DNA of 63,307 nt, filler included, from Octopus bimaculoides (taxonomy: Eukaryota): the NCBI RefSeq assembly GCF_001194135.2. It is 7 parts of 7 records of this genome, joined end to end, with 100 filler letters (N's around TTAATTAATTAA, not from the genome) between each part and the next. Parts side by side here need not be neighbours in the genome. Positions count along the whole stretch, not along the records: positions 1 to 11,037 come from NC_068996.1; 6 more parts are not named here. One strand, written 5' to 3'. The notes under the pieces are model-generated. The model was not told the origin of the DNA, searched no databases, and saw only the letters and a list, made by a program, of their open reading frames with translations. A program made the translations under genes and the position numbers. Positions 1 through 11,037 of the stretch are shown one piece after another; within the stretch, counting starts at the first letter, position 1; the number at the start of each line of letters is the position of its first letter.

Positions 1-430
1 GGTGAACTTTCCTCTCAGTGAACTTTTTCCTCTCAGTGAACTTTTTCCTCTCAGTGAACTTTTTCCTCTCAGTGAACTTTCCTCTCAGTGAACTTTTTCC
101 TCTCAGTGAACTTTACTCTCAGTGAACTTTTTCTATGAAGTGAACTTTCCTCTCAGTGAACTTTTTCTATGAAGTGAACTTTTTCCTTGAAGTGAACTTT
201 TCTCGCAGTGAACTTTCCTCATGGTGAACTTTCTTTGTGGTGAACTTTCTTCATGTTTGAACTTTCTTCTCGGTGAACTTACCTCTTGGTGAACCCTCCT
301 CTTGTACTTTCATTGTGGTGAACTTTCATCGCAGTGAACTTTCCTTGCAGTGAATTTTTGTTGTGGTGAACTTTCCTCCTGGTGACTTGCTTCATGGTGA
401 ATTAATTGTAGTGAACTTACCAAGTGATTT
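1..430. repeat. Minisatellite, 16-18 nt unit (consensus cagtgaactttttcctct), about 25 copies, decaying 3'-ward
   Basis: gtgaac recurs at 18, 36, 54, 72, 88, 106 and so on; units are near-identical at left and diverge at right; begins before the window. Confidence 0.9.
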
Positions 431-596
431 TCCCTGAGACTGTATGTTGAATCTAAAACGACTGCAGATAGTAATTATATTGCGTGGCATTTAAAATTGG
501 AACATAAATACTGCCAAGGTTTATTTTCCGATGCTCTACCAATCCTTCCATCACCTTTACAGCATTAATTATACTAATATTTTCTTTTATTTCCAG

Positions 597-835
597 GAAT
601 CTATTGACTTTCAGTTTAATTCGCTTAAAATCTATCTGCCTAAGTTGTGTGCCTGGTTCCAAAATATGACCAAAATGCCAAAACTAAAAGTAGCAGCACT
701 TCGGTATGGTTGCTGTCTTGAAATTTTCAATCAACATTTTGAATTTCAAAATATTTACATTTACAAATTCATTTTACCCGAAGTTCTTCAAAAGGACTCT
801 GATGAAGATGAAAATGAAGAAGAATCAGAACTGCA
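597..835 (+). CDS. GSTCD: GSTCD internal exon (end of GST C-terminal-like domain plus acidic linker)
   Basis: Acceptor tttcttttatttccAG (595-596), donor CA|gtaagt (836). Encodes ESIDFQFNSLKIYLPKLCAWFQNMTKMPKLKVAALRYG...DSDEDENEEESEL, resembling the GSTCD FPLLASWYQRIQEVPGVKTAA segment as I recall it; phase 0-2. Confidence 0.85.
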
Positions 836-1000
836 GTAAGTACACCCTTTCTGATGTTCTTTAGGAAAATATGTTTCCGTATTTTTGGTGGTGAATTTGA
901 AGAATTGTTAGGGTGTTGAATAATATGAAGCTTAAGGTCCTTTTTGTTCTGTGTTTGAATCCTACAAAGATTAACTTTGATTTTTAATCCTTGAAGTAGT

Positions 1001-1183
1001 GGGGGAGGAAGATAAGTCGATTACATTGACCCCAGTGCATAACTGGTACTTATTTCATTGACCTTGAAAAGATGAAAGGCAAAGTTGACCTCTGTGGAAT
1101 TTGAATTCTGAACAAAGACGGCTGAAATGCTGTTAAGCATTTCATCCAGCATGCTAATGATTCTGCTAGCTCACTGCCTTAAT

Positions 1184-1214
<31 letters not shown>

Positions 1215-1451
1215 CAACAACAACAACAACAACAACAATAATAATGATAATAATAATAATCCTTTCTATTATAGGCACAAGGCCTGAAATTTGGGGAAGG
1301 GAACTAGTTGATTATATCAATCCCAGTGCGTAACTGGTACTTAATTTATCGCCCCCAAAAGGATGAAAAGCAAAGTTGGTATTTGAACTCAGAACGTAGC
1401 GGCAGGCAGATTACCACTAAGCATTTCTCCCAGTGTGCTAAGGATTCTGCC

Positions 1452-1494
<43 letters not shown>

Positions 1495-2137
1495 TAATAA
1501 TAATAATAATAGAGGGTGTTAGAAAATTGAAGGAGAAGGAATGACCCAAAGGACTTTTGGCCATTGGATATGGCTTGTTCTTTTGGTATAGTGTCAGTAT
1601 AACATTTGCCAGGGCAAAAGTGTCACTGAAAATAATAATAATGATAATAATAATGATTTCAAATTTTGGCATAGGGTCAGCAGTGTTTGAGGGGGTGGGG
1701 GGAAACTGATTACATCAATCCCTATACTTAACTGGTGCTTTATTTCATTGATCCTGTAAGGTTGGAAAATAAAGCCACAACCTTGGTGGAATTTGAACTC
1801 AGAATGAAAAGAGCTGGAAGAAAAGCTGTTGAGCATTTTGTCTAATATTCTAATGATTCTGCCAGCTTGCTGCCTGAATAATGATAATAATAATAATCCT
1901 TTCTACTAAAGGCACAAGGCCTGAAATTTTGAGGGGAGGGGACTAGTCAATTACATCAACCCCGGGACTAGTTGATTACATCCATCCCAGTATGTAACTG
2001 GTACTTACTTTATTGACTCCGAAAGGATGAAAGGCAAAGTTGACCTCAGTGGAATTTGAACTCAGAACACAGTGATGGACAAAATACTGCTAAGTATTTC
2101 ATCTAGCATGCTAATAGTTCTGCTAGCTTGCCGCCTT
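1001..2137 (-). mobile_element. Four stacked copies of tRNA-derived SINE family A (about 1001-1180, 1259-1452, 1655-1875, 1897-2137) separated by (AAT)n
   Basis: Each is the reverse complement of ggcggcgagctggcagaa..ttagca..gagttcaaattccgccgaggtcgactttgcctttcatcc..aagtaccagtt..ctggggtcgat; B-box-like gagttcaaatt present. Confidence 0.9.
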
Positions 2138-2153
2138 AATAGTGATAATGATG

Positions 2154-2220
<67 letters not shown>

Positions 2221-2451
2221 TGATGATGATGATGATGACTGTTGATGGCATGTCCTGTGATTTGATGGTTGCTTAACATTGGAGAAGCTGCTTTGTGAAT
2301 GTCAGTCTGCTAGAAATATAGCCAAATCCTCCTCAAACCACACTTGATCATCTTAAAAAATGGAAGGGAGACATTGAAGAATGCAAACTCTTGTATGCAC
2401 AAAAAAAAAAAAAAAAAAAAAGAGGACAAATCTAACTTGAGCACTTTTAAT

Positions 2452-2675
2452 ATGTTGATGATTATCCCAACATGTTGCCAAAATTATCCCAACATGTTGC
2501 TAATTGTATCAACATGTCATTGACCATCTTAAAGTATTGCTAATTATCTCAGCAGCTAATGATTATATATTAACGTGTTTCTAATTATTTTAACATGCTG
2601 CTCATTATCCTAACATGTTGCTACTTATCTTAATTTGTTGCTAATTATCTTAACATGTTTCTAATTGTCTTTACA
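2452..2675. repeat. Degenerate 20-nt minisatellite (ttgctaattatcttaacatg), about 11 copies
   Basis: Unit is visible repeatedly up to the acceptor of the 2692 exon. Confidence 0.8.
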
Positions 2676-2691
2676 CATTTCATTATTCCAG

Positions 2692-2758
2692 ACGTAGAAC
2701 TCGGAGTAAATACAGAGCATTAAAACCAGAACTTGCAAGAGTACTCAAAATAATCAAG
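2692..2758 (+). CDS. GSTCD: GSTCD internal exon (67 nt, phase 2-0)
   Basis: Acceptor cattattccAG, donor AAG|gtgaga. Reads (Q)RRTRSKYRALKPELARVLKIIK; phases match both neighbouring exons. Confidence 0.8.
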
Positions 2759-2821
2759 GTGAGACTTGTTATTTCATTTTTTTGCATGAAAATGTTTTCT
2801 TAATGACTGTATCAAACATAT

Positions 2822-2866
<45 letters not shown>

Positions 2867-3087
2867 CACACACCATGTGCATCTCAGTTTTCAGAAAGGG
2901 TACACAGTTTCGCTTTGTGCTGCAAAAAGTTGGCATCAGGCTGACCATATGGTCATAAAACACTGGCTCAAAAAAGCCCTCTACATCACACGGGGAAACA
3001 ATAATGATGACATAAATTAATCAAGTTCTTCATGTAAGATACAATACTTGCACACAGCTGCGTTGGTGAGGCAGCACGAGAGATTTC

Positions 3088-3212
3088 TGCCGAGGTCGAC
3101 TTTGCCTTTCATCCTTTCGGAGTCGATAAATTAAGTACCAGTTGCGTACTGGGGTCGATCTAATCGACTGGCCCCATTCCCAAAATTTCGAGCCTTGTAC
3201 CTAGAGTAGAAA
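3088..3212 (+). mobile_element. SINE family A, 5'-truncated
   Basis: gccgaggtcgactttgcctttcatcctttcgg...aagtaccagttgcgtactggggtcgatctaatcgactgg...agtagaaa. Confidence 0.9.
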
Positions 3213-3429
3213 ATACTGCAAGAATTGTACTAGTTTTGTTTATATTCATGCGTCAAGGATATGAGCCTTTCTCTAATATAAGGGAGAAAACTCTAATCCA
3301 TTCTTCTACCATTCATTTCTGTTCTGTATCGGCACCATTACTGGATTGAGCTTTTAACTTCACCAATTTTCAACAGGATGTTATGAGTTAATTGATTATG
3401 ATAGTGATGGCAGCTCTTTGTGTATGAAG

Positions 3430-3845
3430 ACCACAAGGCAGAGTGGCAAGCCCTTAAGTGGCTATTGTAAGCTGATGACAAGCTTTGGCTTACTTAGAGC
3501 ATGTATCTAGGCTTTGGTCAAATGGAAAAGGATTCATGAGAAGGACTTTCTCAAAATCGCACTTCAAGCAATTTTGCAAGCACTCATGCCTCCCTCTATT
3601 CCGTGACTCCCTCCTACTCTGTGGCATCTGTCCCTGCATGGGTGAGTTGCTGTTTCAGCTAGTCTTTGAAGCACTTTCAGGAGGTGGGGAGCTCCTCTGT
3701 CTCTCCTCTATGGATCAGAACAATGGGTGCTGTACAGAAAACAAATCAAGCTGCTGGAATGCTTCCACCAGAAATTCCTTTGCTCCAGCATGGGCATCTC
3801 ATGGAAGGAACGCATCGCCAAAAATGAAATTCTCCAGCAGGTGAA
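3430..3845 (+). mobile_element. RTE-clade LINE reverse-transcriptase C-terminal fragment, decayed
   Basis: From 3703: LLYGSEQWVLYRKQIKLLECFHQKFLCSSMGISWKERIAKNEILQQ, the typical RTE LLYG.E.W...LE.FH...L..I..I.W.D...N.E motif; left boundary approximate. Confidence 0.8.
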
Positions 3846-3854
3846 CATCTTAAG

Positions 3855-4071
3855 TATTAGTTTCAAATTTTGGCACAAGCCCAGCAATTTTGGGGAGGGG
3901 ATAAATCGATTACATCAACCCTAGTATTCAACTGGTACTTATTTAATTGACCCTGTAGGGATAAAAGGCAAAGTCAACTGTGGTAGAATTTGAACTCAGA
4001 ACATTAAGACAGGTGAAATGTTGCTAAGCATTTTGCCCGGTGTGCTAATAATTCTGTTAGTTCAACACCTT
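3855..4071 (-). mobile_element. SINE family A
   Basis: Reverse-complement match to the family A consensus seen elsewhere in the window. Confidence 0.85.
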
Positions 4072-4693
4072 ACAACAGGGCTTGGTGAACCAGGGTAAAT
4101 TACCCCAAGTGGAGTAAAAATGAAATTCTTAGGAGTAATGAGGACTCGTTAGACATAAGAAAAATTATATAAAAAAAAGACGTGTCCCTTGTTATAACAG
4201 AAATTTTTCATCTGGCAATACTGCATTTGTCCAATGTAATGGACGTGTAAATAGATTCAATAAACCTTTTGAAGTCAAAGAATCCTTGATTTTCTTCCTT
4301 TTAAACCAAGGAGATAACATCAGCATAAATAAATATATTTTGGAGTAATTGGTTAAAAAAGTTCCCTAACCCCTGCCTTATAATACCCTAAAATTTGAAA
4401 CCATGCTGCTCAGCTCAGATGGACAGGCCACATCTCACACGTATACAAATCCAGAATGCTGAAGGCCATATTCTATTGTGAGTTAATTAATGAGAACTAA
4501 AACATTTATGTATTGTTTTTGCAAAACATGTCTAATAATATTCATTGTGTCCTTCCATTTTAAGATGCTAGGATGGGACATGAATGCTATTTCTAGCATA
4601 TGGAGCCAACACTTATGGAATCCCTGTTACTGATTTGTTGTATTCATTGTTAGTGACGTTGGGTGATTTGATCATTGTTATTTTTCTTTTTAG

Positions 4694-4790
4694 GAGGCCA
4701 ATATTGAACCTATTGCAGGAGAACATCCATGTGGAAAAGATATTACTTTACCTTGGAGTGAATTACCTTGTGCCATTCATCCATATGAGG
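4694..4790 (+). CDS. GSTCD: GSTCD internal exon (97 nt, phase 0-1)
   Basis: Acceptor tttttcttttttAG, donor G|gtaaga. EANIEPIAGEHPCGKDITLPWSELPCAIHPYE(G) matches the GSTCD HPC...LDW..LP.A..P.EG motif. Confidence 0.9.
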
Positions 4791-4828
4791 GTAAGATAAT
4801 TGTTGTTGTTGTTGTTGCTGTTATTGTT

Positions 4829-4998
4829 AAGGCAGCCAGCTGGCAGAATTGTTGGCACTCTAAGTTCAAATGCAGCTAGGATTAACTCTGCTTTCGTCCT
4901 TTTGGGGTGTTGATAAAATAAATTACCAGTTGGACACTGGAGGTCAATGTGATCAACTAAGCCTCTCTGCTTAAAATTGCTAGCCTTGTGCTAAAATT
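4829..4998 (+). mobile_element. SINE family A, starting 38 nt after a GSTCD donor
   Basis: aaggcagccagctggcagaattgttggcac...aagttcaaatg...aattaccagttggacactggaggtcaat. Confidence 0.8.
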
Positions 4999-5099
4999 CT
5001 TCTTCTTCTTCTTCTTCTTCTCCATCATCATCATTATCATCATTATCATTTAAAAAAATTAGTAGTTTCAGGCAAATTTCTACTGCATCACCTGCTACA

Positions 5100-5520
5100 C
5101 CTCCATGTTGCTGGGGTGTGTGTGCAGCATTGTGTGTGTGTTTTTTTGTTGTTGTTGGGGGAGTGAAAACTTTCCCCCGTATTGTATTGTGTCATTTCTT
5201 TTGTATTGGGGTCTGGTGCAGTCTTTAGTTGTATTAATGTTTGTATTGAGTGTGTCTTGTATTTGTGGATTGTTTCATTTGTGTTGTATTATTGAATTGA
5301 TAGTCTCTTGCGTAGGATGTGGGCTGTTCCTAGCAGAGCTATTTTTGGGAAAGTGTGTAGTGTTGAGGGTCCAGGTAATGCTGTTGTCGTATTTTCAAAG
5401 TTTTTTTATCAATTTCTACTGCATTATTAGATGCACCTGTTTGTTCACGAGGTGAGAATGTGAAATTGTGTTTTGCTTTCTGGTCGGGTGTGTTTTCTAG
5501 TTTCTGTAATCCAGTTACAG
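5100..5520 (-). mobile_element. R4/Dong-like (restriction-like endonuclease) LINE 3' end, decayed
   Basis: Minus strand LPGPSTLHTFPKIALLGTAHILRKRLS (about 5299-5380) matches the C-terminal QK..L.GTAHILRR.LS motif of this clade; followed by an AC-rich tail. Confidence 0.6.
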
Positions 5521-6158
5521 AATCTAGGGAAACAAGCCTTATCACCTTATTGGGTGGGAATGACCTTTGACTCATATTTGATATGTATGTGTGTGTTTGT
5601 CTCTTTGCCTTGACATCACATGATAGTTGTAAACAAGTGTCACCACCATACAAGCAGTGTTGTTTGTATTCAATCTTCTGTGAAAACATGTCTCGTCATG
5701 GAGAAATACTACTTGGAAACGAAGGATGGTTGGTGATAGGAAGGGTATCTGACCATAGACCTGCCTCAACAAATTCCGGCAAATGTGGTAAAGTAGACTT
5801 TAAAGCAATGATGGCAGTGACACCACTGCCACCACAGGCTTGATAGTATGAACTGGGAGAAGGGATGTGTGTGTGTGTGTCTGAATCTGCATGGGAAGCT
5901 TTTGGTGTCTTCAGTTACTGAAAATGGTTTCTCTCCATTTTGGGGGTCCTTTGTCTGTGCTTACATTTGTTTTGTGCTGCCAGGAATGCTGAGAGAGGAA
6001 AGTGAAAGAGAGAGGGAGAAATTGCGTGTGTGTGTGTGTGTGTGTTTGGATGAGCAACTGGGATATTGTTTCAAATGTGTGAATAGTACATTTAATGTGT
6101 ATGTTTGGGAGTTGTACAGGGTGATAGTGATGATTATGACTATGATGATTGCTGCTGT

Positions 6159-6205
<47 letters not shown>

Positions 6206-6206
6206 T

Positions 6207-6259
<53 letters not shown>

Positions 6260-6305
6260 TTTATTGCTGTTGTTGTTGTTGTACTTGTCCCCTCTTATAT
6301 TTCAG

Positions 6306-6421
6306 GTGGTCTTCCTGAGAAAAGAGCTCTCAAAAAATGTCAGCAACTTGAAAACCTTGCTACAGCAATTAAGAAAATAGCTCAACCTGGCCAAACTATT
6401 GTAGATTTCTGCAGCGGTGGG
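6306..6421 (+). CDS. GSTCD: GSTCD exon, start of class I SAM-methyltransferase domain
   Basis: Acceptor cttatatttcAG, donor GGG|gtaagt. GLPEKRALKKCQQLENLATAIKKIAQPGQTIVDFCSGG contains the GSTCD R..RK.QQL.NL and IVDFCSGGGH motif I. Confidence 0.95.
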
Positions 6422-6682
6422 GTAAGTTTGAACTTGTGACTTAATAATTCTTTCAGAAATTATGATATAAAAAATCAAATGTTTAACTCTAATAACTAAT
6501 TAATCAGAATAAAAACCAGAGAAGGAATATCTGTTAGGATCAGAGATGGAGCCTCTTTAAAGACAAGGGAGGGAGTTTCTTTAAAAGTCAGTGTGAGAGC
6601 CTCATGTAGTCACATAAACTGCTAGATATAGTAGCATCTCACATAATGCTCTACTGTTTTAAAATAGAAAGCACATATTCTA

Positions 6683-6809
6683 CAGGGTATCCACAAAGTC
6701 TGGGTACATGGGGATTAACACATAATTTAAGAAATTATTATTTCTTATATTTAATTGTTTATGTTATGATTTTATTGACTCCATGTACCCAGACCTTGTG
6801 GACACCCTG
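6683..6809. mobile_element. Tc1/mariner-type MITE, 127 bp
   Basis: TA|cagggtatccacaaagtctgggtacatgg ... ccatgtacccagaccttgtggacaccctg|TA: about 29-bp TIRs with TA target duplication. Confidence 0.9.
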
Positions 6810-6987
6810 TATAATGTAGTCTTAGATATACTGTATCTAAGAGAGAAACTGAACAGGGTAGAAATGGCTGGAACATCTTTGATCATAGGTCCACAAGATG
6901 AAGACTGACTTGGAGCTAAATAACAACAACTATAGCCACTAATACTAACTATTATACGACACATTAGATAATGTAATCCTAGATATA

Positions 6988-7305
6988 GGCGCAGAAGTGG
7001 CTGTATGGTAAATAGCTTGCTTACCAACCACATGATTCTGGGTTCAGTCCCACTGTGTGGCACCTTGGGCAAGTGTCTTCTACTATAACCTCGGGCTGGG
7101 CAAAGCTTTGTGAGTGGATTTGGTAGACGGAAACTGAAAGAGGCAGCGAGCTGGCAGAAACGTTAGCATGCTGGGCGAAATGCTTAGCGGTATTTCGTCT
7201 GTCTTTACATTCTGAGTTCAAATTCCACTGAGGTCAACTTTGCCTTTCATCCTTTCAGGGTCGATAAATTAAGTATCAGTTATGCACTGGGGTCGATGTA
7301 ATCAT
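6988..7305 (+). mobile_element. SINE family B head (6988-7140) directly followed by SINE family A (7141-7305)
   Basis: ggcgcagaagtggctgtatggtaaatagcttgcttaccaaccacatgattctgggttcagtcccactgtgtggcaccttgggcaagtgtcttc..., then ggcagcgagctggcagaaacgttagc... Confidence 0.9.
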
Positions 7306-7336
7306 TGTTGAATCTAAATTTACATTTTCTTTCCAG

Positions 7337-7381
7337 GGACATCTAGGAATTACAGTTGCTAGCCTTATTCCATATTGCAAG
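7337..7381 (+). CDS. GSTCD: GSTCD exon (45 nt, phase 0-0)
   Basis: Acceptor ttttctttccAG, donor AAG|gtttgt. GHLGITVASLIPYCK completes SGGGHLGI. Confidence 0.92.
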
Positions 7382-7626
7382 GTTTGTAATCCTAAATTTT
7401 TATTTTAAACTTATTTTGTGATGTATTTCTTCAAAAAGAACATTAATCATTGTTCATATCCTGTTTTTTCTATTGTTACTGTACTATACTATATATATAC
7501 TATATATATATATATAATCAAATCATCATCATTATTTAATGTCAACTTTCCATGCTGGCATGGGTTGGATGGTTTGACAGGAGCTGGCTAGGCAGAAGAT
7601 TGCACCATGCTTCACACACACATATA

Positions 7627-7667
<41 letters not shown>

Positions 7668-7672
7668 GATGA

Positions 7673-7748
<76 letters not shown>

Positions 7749-8868
7749 TATTCATATACACTAGCTAAGTATCCCACTGTTGTCGAGTAATTTTCGTAAT
7801 AGGAATGCTTTGGTAGACATTTGGAATAACACACCCACATAAGTTGGATTTTCTCTGTTTTGACAGGGATTTTTCAAGTTGTTTTTTTAATGGATCTTTG
7901 CANNNNNNNNNNNNNNNNNNNNNNNNNNNNNNNNNNNNNNNNNNNNNNNNNNNNNNNNNNNNNNNNNNNNNNNNNNNNNNNNNNNNNNNNNNNNNNNNNN
8001 NNNNNNNNNNNNNNNNNNNNNNNNNNNNNNNNNNNNNNNNNNNNNNNNNNNNNNNNNNNNNNNNNNNNNNNNNNNNNNNNNNNNNNNNNNNNNNNNNNNN
8101 NNNNNNNNNNNNNNNNNNNNNNNNNNNNNNNNNNNNNNNNNNNNNNNNNNNNNNNNNNNNNNNNNNNNNNNNNNNNNNNNNNNNNNNNNNNNNNNNNNNN
8201 NNNNNNNNNNNNNNNNNNNNNNNNNNNNNNNNNNNNNNNNNNNNNNNNNNNNNNNNNNNNNNNNNNNNNNNNNNNNNNNNNNNNNNNNNNNNNNNNNNNN
8301 NNNNNNNNNNNNNNNNNNNNNNNNNNNNNNNNNNNNNNNNNNNNNNNNNNNNNNNNNNNNNNNNNNNNNNNNNNNNNNNNNNNNNNNNNNNNNNNNNNNN
8401 NNNNNNNNNNNNNNNNNNNNNNNNNNNNNNNNNNNNNNNNNNNNNNNNNNNNNNNNNNNNNNNNNNNNNNNNNNNNNNNNNNNNNNNNNNNNNNNNNNNN
8501 NNNNNNNNNNNNNNNNNNNNNNNNNNNNNNNNNNNNNNNNNNNNNNNNNNNNNNNNNNNNNNNNNNNNNNNNNNNNNNNNNNNNNNNNNNNNNNNNNNNN
8601 NNNNNNNNNNNNNNNNNNNNNNNNNNNNNNNNNNNNNNNNNAATTTATTTAAATCTTTAACCCCCCCAACCCCACATTATATGAATGTGTGTGTGTGTAA
8701 GAAAAATCATTTACTGACAGAAAAGTATTAAAATAAATCATCATTTATAAAATAAATCATCTTTTACATACCTTTTTAAAATTAGTCGCCCTAATGAAAT
8801 TCTTTATATGAATGCATGCACACACACACACACACACACACAGTGTGAGCAATATACTTTTATAGAGA

Positions 8869-9075
8869 AGGCGGCGAGCTGGCAGAAACGTTAGCACTCT
8901 GGGCGAAATACTTAACGGTATTTCGTCCGTCTTTACATTCTGAGTTCAAATTCCGCCAAGGTCGACTTTGCCTTTCATCATTTCGTAGTCGATTAAATAA
9001 GTACGAGTTAAATAAGTACCACTGGGGGGAGGGGGGGATGTAATCGACTTAATCCCTTCATCTGTCCTTATTTGT
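8869..9075 (+). mobile_element. SINE family A (tail variant cccttcatctgtccttatttgtcccctct)
   Basis: aaggcggcgagctggcagaaacgttagcactctgggcgaaatac...gagttcaaattccgccaaggtcgac. Confidence 0.9.
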
Positions 9076-9949
9076 CCCCTCTTAAAGAAATAAACATACT
9101 TTTATAGAGAGTGAGAAAGTTTAACATGGGAAAATGAAAGAAAAGGACCAATAAAGTGTGTCAGATTTCTTTCTGTTGCTGTCACAGATTTTGAAATTTG
9201 AAAATCAAGTGAAAATTTCCAACTTTGCTATATTGATGTACTTTTTTCACAATGAATCAGAGTTTGTGATTCATTTATTGCAGAAATTTCTTAGGAGCAA
9301 ATACTCTGCAGCATTTCTTCTAGCTCTTTTACATTGTGTATTCAAATTCTGTTAAGGTCCATGTTTGCCTTTCTTCCCTATGGGGCCAATAAAATAAACA
9401 ACCAGTCAAGGATGGGGTTGGATGGTAGGGGACTAACCCACTTCCACCCTCAATTTCAGGCTTTGTGCATATGCTAGAAGCAATTATTATGATTATTAGT
9501 AAAGAATAAAAAGTTTTGAATGGTACAACAATGCACTATAATACAAAAAAAATGGACTATATACCTGTTGTAATTTAGTTATCTATAGTCCGATGATATT
9601 TCGGAATACAATTCCTTCTTCAAATATTCTTAGATAGAGTCTCTGCTATTGTTGAACCATTCAAAACTTTTTATTCTTTACAAACAATACACAATGCTTC
9701 AAGCGAACTACAATACTTTCCTATTATGATTATCGTTATATTTTTACTTTGATATTGGCTAGATAACAAATACCCATCAAGTGACCACCAGTAACCTTGG
9801 ACGAGCATTGTAGAGTAATGTTGTTCAGCATAGCTTCTGGTCCTGTTGGGTTTTCATTCTTAGCTATAAAAAAAACAGAAAGGTTTTGAGTGTATAGATT
9901 ACAAGAACAAAAACTTATGTCCAGTTTCAGTCATATTGCTTAGACTTCA

Positions 9950-10440
9950 TCATCATCATCATCATCATCATCATTGCTTAACATCTGTCTTCCATGCTGA
10001 TATGGATTGGATGGTTTGACTGAGAACTGGTTAGTTGAGGAGCTGCACCAGGTTACAATCTGATTTGACATGGTTTCTACAGCTAGATGCCTTTCCTAAT
10101 ACCAACCACTCTAAGAGTGTAGCGGGTGCCTTTTATGTGCTACTGGGATGGGTGCCAGTTATGTAATCATCAACAGTCACAACTATGATCTCACTTGGTA
10201 TGTCAGGTCTTCTCAAGCACGGTATAACACCAAAGGTCTCAATCATCTGTCATTGCCTCCATGAAAACCAATGCTTGAATGGCACTTTTTACATGCTAGT
10301 TACGTGACACTGGTATCAGCCACGACTACAATCTCTCTCACTGTGACAGGTCTTCTTAAGGTCTTGGTCACTCGTCTTTGTCTCCATGAGGCCCAATATT
10401 TGAAGATCATGCTTCACCACCTCATTCCATGTCTTCTTTA
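9950..10440 (-). mobile_element. Retroelement 3' end with RTE-like tail and (ATG)n microsatellite
   Basis: catcatcat...ttaacatctgtcttccatgctg...tttctacagctagatgcctttcctaataccaaccac; related pieces at about 7530-7610 (-) and 5720-5810 (+). Confidence 0.6.
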
Positions 10441-10535
10441 TATAAAATGTACATAAACACTATATATATATATATATATAGTGTAGTGTTTAGTTAGTTG
10501 TTGTTTTTATTATTATTGTTGTTGCTATTATTAAG

Positions 10536-10625
10536 GTGTTTTTAATTGAAAACAAAGAAGAATCATTACTGATTGCCAAAAGTCGAGTGGACAAGCTACA
10601 GTTGAAAAATGTTACAATATATCAG
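10536..10625 (+). CDS. GSTCD: GSTCD exon (90 nt, phase 0-0); last GSTCD exon I can find
   Basis: Acceptor attattaAG, donor CAG|gtatgt. VFLIENKEESLLIAKSRVDKLQLKNVTIYQ matches GSTCD LIENKE.SL..AK.R...L.L.N. Confidence 0.92.
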
Positions 10626-10992
10626 GTATGTTAACACGTTTTATATTGTTTGTAGTAGTAGTAGTGGTGGTAGTGAAGTGGTGGTTGTAATCTTAGCATC
10701 ATCATCATCATTTGCCTTTCATTCTTTTGGGATCATTAAAATAAGTACCAGTTGAACACTGGGGTCACTGTAATCAACTGGTCCTCTACCCCAGAATATC
10801 AGGCTTTGTACCTATTGTAGAAAGTGTTGTTGATGTTGACGTTGTCGTTGTTGTTGTTTGTGTTCATTGCCTGCTCGTGTCTTTGCCTCTATACATTCAG
10901 TAAAGCTTTACATAACGTTGTACGGTTATCGACTGCTATTTCGAGCAAACATTGGTTTCTTGTTGTGCCACTATTTCCTATTTATATGTATG

Positions 10993-11037
<45 letters not shown>

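Noticed and set aside
1-430. CRISPR-like array or repetitive coding exon
   Set aside because: Units are contiguous with no unique spacers, the genome is eukaryotic, and mixed 16/18-nt units break every reading frame.
531-839. 102-aa single-exon gene ending at TAA 839
   Set aside because: The TAA lies within the gtaagt donor and the N-terminus is intronic; this is an internal GSTCD exon.
6105-6305. Poly-Y/L/T ORFs and similar homopolymer or dipeptide ORFs throughout the track
   Set aside because: They are translations of (TAC)n, (AAT)n, (CA)n, (TA)n, (GATA)n microsatellites or of N gaps; only the 3' end of the 6149 ORF is a real GSTCD exon.
6988-7060. tRNA genes at SINE heads
   Set aside because: A/B-box-like motifs continue into SINE bodies and no full cloverleaf is evident; these are tRNA-derived SINEs.
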